This document shows positions 53,187-64,000 of a DNA stretch of 64,000 bases, piece after piece (the first letter of the stretch is position 1; each line of letters starts with the position of its first letter). The stretch covers positions 37,758,001 through 37,822,000 of the forward strand of contig OZ024752.1 of the NCBI GenBank assembly GCA_964016885.1, read 5' to 3'. The position numbers and the translations under genes are program-made. The stretch comes from Eledone cirrhosa (lineage: Eukaryota). Below the pieces are notes generated by a model that was not told the DNA's origin, did no database searches, and was given only the letters and a program-made list of their open reading frames with translations.

Positions 53187-54015
53187 TTCAAATCCCGCCG
53201 AGGTTAACTTTGCCTTTCATCCTTACGGGGTCGATAAAATAAAGTACCAGTAATGCACTGAGTAATTGCTGGCCTTGTGCCATAAAGTAGAAACAATTAT
53301 TATATTTCAAATCCCACCGAGGTTGACTTTGCTTTTCATCCTTACGGGGTCGATAAAATAAAGTACCAGTAATGCACTGGGTAATTTGCTGGCCTTGTGC
53401 CATAAAGTAGAAACAATTATTATATTTCAAATCCCACCGAGGTTGACTTTGCTTTTCATCCTTACGGGGTCGATAAAATAAAGTACCAGTAATGCACTGG
53501 GTAATTTGCTGGCCTTGTGCCATAAAGTAGAAACAATTATTATATTTCAAATCCCGCCGAGGTTGACTTTGCTTTTCATCCTTACGGGGTCGATAAAATA
53601 AAGTACCAGTAATGCACTGGGGTAATTGCTGGCCTTGTGCCTAACGTAGAAACAATTATTATATTTCAAATCCCGCCGAGGTTGACTTTGCTTTTCATCC
53701 TTACGGGGTCGATAAAATAAAGTACCAGTAATGCACTGGGTAATTTGCTGGCCTTGTGCCATAAAGTAGAAACAATTATTATATTTCAAATCCCGCCGAG
53801 GTTGACTTTGCTTTTCATCCTTACGGGGTCGATAAAATAAAGTACCAGTAATGCACTGGGGTAATTGCTGGCCTTGTGCCTAACGTAGAAACAATTATTA
53901 TATTTCAAATCCCGCCGAGGTTGACTTTGCTTTTCATCCTTACGGGGTCGATAAAATAAAGTACCAGTAATGCACTGGGTAATTGCTGGCCTTGTGCCTA
54001 AAGTAGAAACAATTG
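53187..54015 (+). repeat. Tandem array (~7 x 120 bp) of the SINE-A 3' portion
   Basis: Head-to-tail TTCAAATCCCGCCGAGG...GTAGAAACAATTATTATAT units. Confidence 0.95.
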
Positions 54016-55796
54016 TTATATTTATAAAGTATGAAGGGCAGTTGATTGGCAGTATCAGTAGAACATCGGACACCATGCTTTGGGGCTTAGTTACAGCTCT
54101 TCACATTCTGAGTTCAAATCCTGCCATGGTTAGCTTTGCCTTTCATCCTTACGGGGTCGATAAAATAAAGTTCCAGTAATGCACTGGGGGGTCGATTTAA
54201 ATGACTTTCCCCTCCCCACTAAACAACTGCTGGCCTTGTGCCAGGTCTTTTCTAGCACTGTTTACCAGTGTTCCTTCCATTCATCATCATCATTTTTACA
54301 TCTGTTTTTTTTCTATTCTTACATGGATTAGATGAGTCCTGTCTCTTTACTGCAGTGTCCCACAACTTGTCATCTCCATTGTGAGGTTTAGCATTCTGAG
54401 ATCAGTGTTCCCATCTTCTACTCATCTCCTCCTCACCCTACTACCTCTACCACTTCACCCAGTGATGATGATGATGATGATGATCATCATCATCATCACC
54501 ATCACCATCATGCATTACATGTTCCCATCAGCACAATCTTCTTTCTTGTTCACTACATCTGATTTCTCTTGTACCTAGTTTTTCTCTCAGCTCATCTTTA
54601 CTTCCAGCAGAACATTTCTTCCTAACCTTTGCACATCATCTGGCTTCAATACCCATGCCTTACTGCCATGCAATAACATACTTCTCTATGATATACACAA
54701 ATATACAATTACTGATACATCCTTACTGACTTATTATTGTCTTTATGCTAGGGTTTTTTTTAATAAACATTTTACAATTCTGGTCCCCTGAAGGATTGCT
54801 TATGTCCCATTTCATTGTTGAAATAAAAATCCTTAAGCCCAACACAGCAACATTTCTCTAAACCTTTTCCCCATATATTCTGAATTCAATGTATTTTATA
54901 TCATCGGTTCTCTTCATATTGAACTTAGGTTTTCTAAATAAACAAAAACCTATATTACGCCTTCTACTGCTTTTTCTACCACTACGACAATGGTAACTGC
55001 TTGTATGACTGGCTAGTCGTGCCACTGCCACTCAGGCAATCCCAGTTCACTTATCTCTCTTATATCTTCTCACTTATCACCCATATTCTATCTCTTCTTA
55101 AGGGTTCTGCTCTCCCAAAACCATTTTTCTCACTTCTTTCTCTTCACAATGTCAAACTTCTGGAATTTCTTCCCGTGTACATTACATATCTTTCCTACAT
55201 CCATCAACTTAAAACTGTTTAAACGGATTATTAACTATCTTGGTGTCACCAGTGAAATCCATGGACACTGCCTCGTCCTTCACACCAAAAAACACAGCAA
55301 AAAAAAAAAAGCTCCTCTAGTTTAGAAACAATATATGTAGCCGATCTCTTGGACGTTTAAGCACTGAGAATATGAAGTTAATGTAGAGGATGATGCATGT
55401 GTTTCTACGTGATCACATCACCCTTTGCATAAGCTCTTTAGTTTAGACTTGCATGTGTGCATTACTTGCAGTAGTAAACACACTTAATGCTCTAGGAGTT
55501 TTGGCATATCATTGTTATACATACATACACACATGCATGTATATGTGGTATATATAAAATACAACACTATCAAACTCTAGACGCTGCACCTTTAATTTTT
55601 GGGGGATTTTTCTTTCAAAAACTGTAGACTTAGATTTTTTCCTTTCAACTTTTTTAAAATATTTTTTTTTTCCTTTACTGCTGAATTAGGGTTTCTGAAC
55701 TCGTTGGCACCTTATTAATTTATTTGTGTTTGTTTTTTGGGTTTAGCTGCATGTTATTACTAAATTTTATTTTGGTCTTACGATTGCCAATTATAG

Positions 55797-55832
55797 GAAT
55801 TGAACCCTAGGCAAACAGTGGAATTCTGTAAG
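55797..55832 (+). CDS. TMF1: Candidate 36-nt in-frame cassette exon of TMF1
   Basis: TTATAG|GAATTG...TGTAAG|GTAAGT; phase 0-0, encodes ELNPRQTVEFCK; TACTAA branch-like and TGCATG motifs upstream. Confidence 0.5.
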
Positions 55833-56029
55833 GTAAGTAAATAAAGTTACTGTTGGGTCACTACAAGAATTGTGGTGGTATTTTTTGGACACACACACAC
55901 TCACACATATGTATATGTATATATATATACACACACAAATATGTATATATATATAGGTATATATATGTATGGTGGGTTTTTTTAAATTCATTTATCTTTT
56001 ATAGTGTATGTATGTAATATACATACATG

Positions 56030-56650
56030 TGTATGTGTGTAATATACATACATGTGTATATATATACATACATGTGTATATATATATACATACATGTGTA
56101 TATATATACATACATGTGTATAAATATACATACATGTGTATAAATATACATACATGTGTATAAATATACATACATGTGTATAAATATACATACATGTGTA
56201 TATATATACATACATGTGTATAAATATACATACATGTGTATATATATACATACATGTGTATAAATATACATACATGTGTATATATATACATACATGTGTA
56301 TATATATACATACATGTGTATATATATACATACATGTGTATATATATACATACATGTGTATAAATATACATACATGTGTATAAATATACATACATGTGTA
56401 TAAATATACATACATGTGTATATATATACATACATGTGTATAAATATACATACATGTGTATAAATATACATACATGTGTATAAATATACATACATGTGTA
56501 TATATATACATACATGTGTATATATATACATACATGTGTATAAATATACATACATGTGTATATATATACATACATGTGTATAAATATACATACATGTGTA
56601 TAAATATACATACATGTGTATAAATATACATACATGTGTATACATACATA
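56030..56650. repeat. 20-bp minisatellite (TA[A/T]ATATACATACATGTGTA), ~30 units
   Basis: Direct periodicity. Confidence 0.95.
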
Positions 56651-58372
56651 CACACACACACATATATTTACTTGAGGACTAATATATTGTAGGCTATGAA
56701 TAGATAAATATACAGAGGTGGTGCCATGATAAAATGCACCCTGTATATTCTGTAAAGTGGTAGTGCTGGTGCCATAGTAAAAGCACCTGGTACACTCTGT
56801 AAAGTGGTTGGCATGAGGAAGGGCATCCAGCCATAAAAGAAAAAAAAAACCCATACCAGTAATAGAACACGCGGCAATATGTACACAATAATTTCATTAT
56901 TGTTTATGTGGTGTAACCTGGCTAGTCCCAGACCATGATGACCTGACCCATCTATGCCAGCATGTAAAATAGACATAAAAATGGTGATAATTATAATAAA
57001 AATGATATCCATATGTATGTTTTGTCTTTGCTGTGAAATTAGTCCAACCTCAACCCCCGAGGGACTTTTTTATTTTTTTTTTTTGCATCTTGAGGGTGAG
57101 GATTGTATTGATCCAGTTTCATTGATCTAAAACACAATCCATCAATATTTAACACCCCACCACCACCATTACCATCATTAAACTATCAATTATTGTAGCT
57201 AAAGGCTACTTATTAAAACTCAGACAATACAAGCCAAACCTCAGTACGGAGCTGTTGTCAGGAGCAATGGCAAATAATTGTGAATTGTAGAGAGAGTCTT
57301 TGTCAGGAATGTTTGACTGTGGTTGCAATGATGATGATGACATAATTAAAATATAATCAAAACTTACAACATACCCAGCATATTTACAGGGTTGACAGTC
57401 TGGCAATAATTACACACATTTTAAATGTATAATAACATACATTTTAAACTACATGCAGTAATTCATACATATGCTTACCTTTTACAAATAATATTTATTT
57501 TTCTACTTCAACCTATTCCTATTGATTTTTTCTTTATTTATTTCCCTTTTCATTGTTTTTTGTTTAAACTCTAAAACTACTGCATCTGTTGCTGTTTATA
57601 CCACCACTGCCACCATACTATTACTACTACTACTAATACTACTACTACTAAACTGTTTATTGCTTTTGGCCTTGTTATTTTACCTTTTTTTAATTAAGGT
57701 AATACAAAACTATATCCAATCAAAGATCTCTCCAACTGCTTTTTAATTACATTGTTAGCTCAGTTATATTTACTGTGTACTGAGGGAAGCAGAATTCGTT
57801 AATAACACAGCCTGATTTAATCCCAACTTGAAATAATTACTAGGATTTGTAATTGATAAAACATTAAATTACACTTATTTTGATCCTAAATGTTGCTAGA
57901 ATTATTCTGTCCAAGAACTATGTCTCTTTTAACGTCCTGTACCACATAAAACCATATTACCAAAACATTCTTGAAAACTACTAAACAGTACTATGACTGC
58001 TTCATTAAAAATTAGTCTTTGCTTTAGTTTACTGCAAATTTTCACAATGATCTGTCCACTAATAAAGATACTATAAACATTTGAATTAATAGACCCGTTT
58101 TTTTTTGGGGGGGGGGGTTAGATATTTTCTACTTAATCATTACAGGTTGTTAAGAGTTAAACAACTATTAATTTATTATACATTGATTTATTTGGACTAG
58201 TGTCATTATCTTGGTTGTTGTACCCTCAAGACTTTACAACAACAAATGTTTTAAGGCTATATCCTCTGCAGGGGCTAGCCTAGCATATCTCATAGAATTT
58301 AATAATCCCTTATCTCAGAAATTCAGATAAAATGTTATCTTGTCTAGAGAGCTCAGATTCGCCAGCCATATG

Positions 58373-58580
58373 TATGAGGGTCAGCTGAGAAGTTCACAGG
58401 CTGACTAAGATACTCTCATGGAATGACCAAATGAGAGTTTATTTTTTTAACATAGTCCCTCCTCGGAAAGAAGTACTCCAGTTATTAATAAGGAGGGTTG
58501 AAATTAATGCATGCATGACTTCACAGCTCTAGCATCACTCCTTCATTGTCAACCTATGAACTTTTCAGCCCACCTTTGTA
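58373..58580. mobile_element. mariner-type MITE
   Basis: TATGAGGGTCAGCTGAGAAGTTCACAGGCTGAC ... GTCAACCTATGAACTTTTCAGCCCACCTTTGTA; imperfect TIRs with TA ends. Confidence 0.7.
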
Positions 58581-59044
58581 CAATCTTGTATATTTACTTA
58601 GTAATTCTTCCATCACTACTTTGGCAAGTTATGCTAGACTGGTGAGATGATAATAAGACTAAAACATCTAGAGAGATGTTTCCTACACTTAGCAGAATCA
58701 ACAAAACAATATCAATTATTAATATGCTTGATAATTTTATTTTATAGAATATATCATGTAAATACAGTTTAATAGAAAAAGAAAAAAAGAAAGTTTAGAT
58801 TGAGAAGAATGGAATGTAAGATAGGAAAAATATAAAGAGAAAAAGAAAAAAAACTGGAAGGGGGTGGGTGGGGGGTGGCAAGGACTCTAGTGTCACAAAA
58901 GAATGAGGAGGGGGTGATTGGGCTCTGGGCCTAAGTATGGTGGTAAGGCGGCTGCGCCCTGCAAACAAGACTGCGAAAGCATTCCCACAGACAAATATTG
59001 ATTTTTGATTTTTTCCTCATCACAATTATATTTTAGTTAACTAT

Positions 59045-59273
59045 TTAACCCTTTAGCATTTAGAGTACTCTATATATACTATTGTATTTTAATCGTAGAC
59101 TCTTTATGTCACGTAATTATCTCACATGATATCAAATCTATGATATTTTAATACTATTTATTTTGAGAACGATGCCTTAACATAAGTATGAGCAGCTAGT
59201 TACAGCCGGTTTGAACAGGAAGAGGTGAGAGAATTTTGACCAGATATGGCTGGTTTAGATGCTAAAGGGTTAA
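59045..59273. mobile_element. piggyBac-like MITE
   Basis: TTAA-CCCTTTAGCAT ... ATGCTAAAGGG-TTAA termini; related copy at 7373-7841 and partial copies near 3000-3200 and 8640-8772. Confidence 0.85.
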
Positions 59274-62200
59274 TGCTCCTTGTATTAAATATATTGACAT
59301 TTACTAAATTCCTTTCAAGTAGTTTATTACTGAACATAGTACGTTAATGGAATGCTGGCATTCTGCATATTTATTTAGTTGGTTTTCAATATTTTATCTC
59401 TAGATGTGCTCCATTCACCTTCTTTATCTATCAAGTTTTTTTTTTTACTTTTCTATAGTAAATATATAAAACACTATTTGCAGCACTATATTTATTATTC
59501 TAATATTCTATTACGTGTTTCAGCTGAAATGCTGTGGCACCGCCATTATGGGAATATTCTCTCTTTTTTTTTTTTTCCTTTCATAAATTACTTGTGAGAT
59601 TTACTTCTAACAGTCAAACACTCATTTTCTTTATCTCTTCATAATAAGGCCACCCATCTCGCAAAATACGGTTCCACTATGAGCAGGGTATGGCACAGTC
59701 GACTAGCCAGATCTTCCTCATAACGGGACCGCCCAGTTCCCACACTGTAAATGTGGTTGGTGTTAGGAAGGGCATCCAGCCGTAGAAACCAAACCAAAAT
59801 ACAGTTCTGTTTGAGCAAGATACAGCATTGCCAACTGGCCAGACTTGTCTCATAACATGGACGACTCGTGCAAGCATGGAAAAATAGATGCTAAATGGTG
59901 ATGATTATGATGTTGATGATAATGATGCCAATATGGAAAAATAGATGTAAAATAATGATGATTATCACATAATCATTCATTATATAATTATCTTCTTTCT
60001 AATAATTTCCAATTACATTATTCCATAATCATTATTGGTTTGTATTTGTATAAAGCTCAGTTTTTCTACATCATTGAAGAAGCCCACTCAGAAATTAAAT
60101 TGTAGCAATCATCATCATTATCATCATCACTACCACCATCATCATCACCACCATCATCATCACCACCATCATCATCATCACCACCATCATCATCATCACC
60201 ACCATCATCATCACCATCACCACCACCGTTTAATATCTGTTTTCTCTGCTAGCAAGGGTGGGACGACAATATAAAAAGCAAAAACTAAATGTTACACTGG
60301 CAAGATAAATTATATCTCAAATACTGTTTGATAAATATATGTGACAAATATTTATTTTTCAGGAAACATTTCTATTTTTCTATGTTCTTGTGAACCAAAT
60401 GAGGTTTAAATATGTGTTTCATTTTGTTATACTTACTATAAATTTATTCCTGCTGCCATTCATGGGTTGGATGAGTCCTTTTCAACACACTGTCTCTCTC
60501 TACTTGTTGCATTCTTTTATGTATTGTGCTTCCCATGATTTTGGCAGGGTTTTTTTTTCTGGCTGGAAGCCCTTCCTACCACAGACCACATTACGTGTGG
60601 ACTGGGTGCATTATTTGTGCAACCAGCTCTAGAGAGGTTGTCTTACTGGATGCAAGAGTCCTCTTCACCATATATCAGTTTTTATTCAGAGTGTCTACTC
60701 TCCTACGCGGGTTGCCTTCACTATGGCTTACAGAGTCCACGTCTGCTAAACATTTTGATAAGTTTACTTTGAGCTCTCTCAATTCTAGAGTTTGTTTCCG
60801 CATTTAGAATTTATTCTTTAATACTTCACCAGGGAAGGCCTTATTGTTCACATTTCTTGGTGAGTATGAAGTCTATCTGGTTTGCAAGTTCACCAGATTG
60901 GTAACTTACTAGGGAACTAGCTGGGTTTTTTTGAAGTTAGTGTTACAAATGCATCACTTGCATCACTACGCTATAGAAAGGGTCCAGGAGGACTCTTCAG
61001 TTGTGTCAAAGACATGACAACCTCCCTAGTGCTGGTGCCATGATTAAATGCACTCAATACACTCTGTTAGTTACAGGAATGCAGGTAAGTGAGATGTACC
61101 TCCCAGCCCATCTGAGAGATCAGTGACTCATACTAAGTACTGTCTCAGTCTGTGATGACCTGTCCATCCCTCACTAGCAGGGAAAAGATTATGATACTAG
61201 TGGTGTGGTGACAATAAGCCTTCAGCTTTCCCCTTCATTCCTTGTATAATATCTATAGCTAACACATACAACAGAGTAGTCATTACTAAATTCATCTACT
61301 ACTTTGTGGTGACATGATAAAACCTTTCTATCTCACACAATCCAACATTAACTGCCTCAGTTCTTCACCAAATAATTCTGTATCTTCCTCAATGACTTTC
61401 TTTAATGTCTTGACAGGTCTTCCACATTTGCGTTTCATGTTAGTGGACTCCCATAGTAAACATTTTGTAAGCAGGTTTGTTGCCTCTCATGACATGACCT
61501 GCAATTTGTAGACGCCTGATACAGATGGTATTGCTAAAGGGCGGGAGGTTGCTGTAGAGAATTTTGTTTGTAACATACATGGTCAAGAGGTTTGCCGAAT
61601 TATATCCTTCTTAGCATTCGTGTGTATTTCATTTCATTTCATTTTTACGTCTGCTTTTTCCCTGCTTGCAAAGGTGGGACGGGAACTGATTCTGGCTTGA
61701 TTTCTACAGCTGGATGCTCTTCCTAACACCAACCTCATTTACAGTGAGTGCTGGGTGCTTTTTTGCCGTGGCACCTCCACGACCACTTTGCAGTGGAATG
61801 ATAGGGACCCCAGTCCCTATCATCTCATTTCTACAGCTGAGTAAACTGGAGCAATGTGAAATAAAGTGTCTTGCTCAAGGAAACAACACATCACCCGGTC
61901 TGAGAATTGAACTCACAACCTTTCGATTTCAAGGCCAATGCTCTAACCACTAAGCCATGTGCCTCCATAGTAACCATCTAAAGTTTTGGTGATGGGTATT
62001 CACAGGAATATAGTAAGATTGATTCCACTGTAGCTTTGAATAATCTTTTGTGTTTATGTTAGATTTCCACACCTTATCTAACAAGTCGTCAAAGTATTGC
62101 CTAACATGTCTATAAAAGTCATGTGCTGTGTTTATAGAGGTTGCTGCCATTTGTTATTGAAGTAGTCAGAAAAAAGGCTTTCTAGAAATGGGGGGGGGGG

Positions 62201-63596
62201 GGGGGCTCATCAGTCCTAACTATGGGTCACATGCATAGATAATCAGTGCTGTGTTTTGTTTGTTTGTTTGTTTAATTATTTTGAATTATTTGAATTATTT
62301 TGTAACATATTCTAACTACTTTATTTACTTTATCCAGTTCTCTGCCAAAAATATTTTTCTGTACTAAAAAAAGTTTTACACAAGTAAATTTAAAAAAATT
62401 TTAACTCTTATTATTATATTCATTTATCTCTGTATATCTTGCTTTTTGTTTCTCAACTGTAAGAAGTACTAGATACTTCCCTTGGTCTGTCATAGCTTAC
62501 TAGCTCTATACGGACGTTTAAATTTAATTTTAATTCTTATTTTTATATTCATTTATCTCTGTATATCTTGTTTTTTTATTGTTTCTAAACTGTAAGAATT
62601 GCTAGATATCTCTCCACTAGTCTGTTGGGCTTACTAGTTCTATACGGACGTTTACATTGATTTATATTTTCACTTATCTCTGTCTATCTTGTTTTTTGTT
62701 TCTCAACTGTAAGAAGTACTAGAATCTTCCCCATAGTCTGTCATACTTTACTAGCTCTATACGGACGTTTAAAATGATTAAATAAATAAATAAGTTATAA
62801 ATGATAAATTATATATTGGTGTTTTATATATTCTAGAGAAAGGATTTTTAATATTTTTTTTTATTTTATTATATATTCACTTATCTCTGTCAATCTTTTT
62901 TGTTTGTTTTGTTTCTCAACTGTAAGAAGTACTAGATACCTCTCTAAATCTGTTATGGCTTACTAGCTCTGTGTATGTATAGACCCATAACTTTTGAGGA
63001 AGTTGTAGGGACACTGTATTGACATACAGCATTTTTAGGGCATTTTTAAAAACCTGGTGGAGTCCATCTCCTCTCCAGGTTTGAATACAGCAGATTTCTT
63101 CCAGAGAAGGATGGAGAATGAAAGAATGAAAGTGAGAAAAAGATATAGAGGAAGAATTGACCCAGTACCGAACTGGTACTTTTTTTTTTATCGACCTTGA
63201 ATGGATGAAAAGCAAAATTGACCTCTGCGAGATTTGAACTCAGAAAACAAAAAGCTGAAATGAATACAGCAAAGCATTCTGTCCAACATTCTAATGACTG
63301 CCAATTTGCCGCATAAAGGTATTTATGATATGGAAGAAATCTGCTGTATTCAGACCTTGAGCGGAGATGGGATCTGCAGGTTTTAAAATGCTGTAGAAAC
63401 TCTGTATGTCAATACAGTGCCTCTACGACTCCCTCAGGAGTTATGGGACCACGCATGCATATACCTTTATATACAAGTCTATTATGAGTGACGCTATATT
63501 AGTGCTACAGCTAATAAATTAGCAATAGTTACATAGCAGTTGAGACACTGGCAACTTGTTTGATTTCGACTAAGTGCTAGGTGCTTCAACTACAAA

Positions 63597-63783
63597 TACA
63601 GTGAAATTCCGTTATAACGAAATTCACGGGGTATAAAAAAAAATTCATGGTAACGAAAAATTCTTTATAACAAGATTGACCAAAACAAATCGAGTGTTTG
63701 TTTGTTATTACCTCAAGGATTGAAAAAATGTTATACTGAAAAATTTGTTATAATAGTATTGTTATAACAGAATTTTTCTTGTA
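63597..63783. mobile_element. Tigger-like MITE
   Basis: TACAGTGAAATTCCGTTATAACGAA ... TTGTTATAACAGAATTTTTCTTGTA. Confidence 0.65.
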
Positions 63784-64000
63784 TCTAAAAAAAATGACAA
63801 TATATGGTTGGCCTCAAAAGTTGTTATTCAAAATCATTAGCATGTTTTAACATCTGTTAACATTATATAATTTTATCATAGATTTTTTTTTTCCTTCTAC
63901 TTATACATTTTAACATAATTTTATCTTATAAAAGAAAATTTCACCAACTATAATATACAAAAACTAACAAATTATATTGTTTTTATTTTCTCAAATAACT

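Noticed and set aside
55988-56854. Overlapping 220-288 aa ORFs of Y/I/H/T/C/M
   Set aside because: Translation of the 20-bp minisatellite
60035-60274. Poly-histidine ORF
   Set aside because: Translation of a (CAT/CAC)n microsatellite

Overview
AT-rich, intron- and repeat-rich eukaryotic DNA. The dense (TA)n/(CAT)n microsatellites and tRNA-derived SINE families resemble an octopod cephalopod genome (inference). Two genes are transcribed divergently. The first is a complete 10-exon mitochondrial uncoupling protein 4 gene (UCP4/SLC25A27-like, minus strand, 33640->4248, 312 aa when spliced by hand). The second is the 5' part of a TATA element modulatory factor 1 golgin gene (TMF1-like, plus strand, coding from 45729 and running out of the window). 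Introns and intergenic DNA carry a ~6.1-kb 15-bp minisatellite, a ~2.8-kb 35-bp satellite, SINEs, MITEs, LINE fragments (RTE-, CR1- and CRE-like) and a decayed Penelope-like element (RT + GIY-YIG). The most notable signal is about a dozen minimal type-I hammerhead-ribozyme motifs (stem I-CUGANGA-stem II-GAAA-palindromic stem III-UH) from several sequence families. Many sit in short non-coding modules bounded by (TA)n and arranged as near-perfect foldback palindromes of 0.1-1.1 kb, two candidate-intact copies lie sense to the UCP4 pre-mRNA, and one family shows stem covariation. All analysis was by eye. Repeat boundaries are approximate and ribozyme activity is untested.
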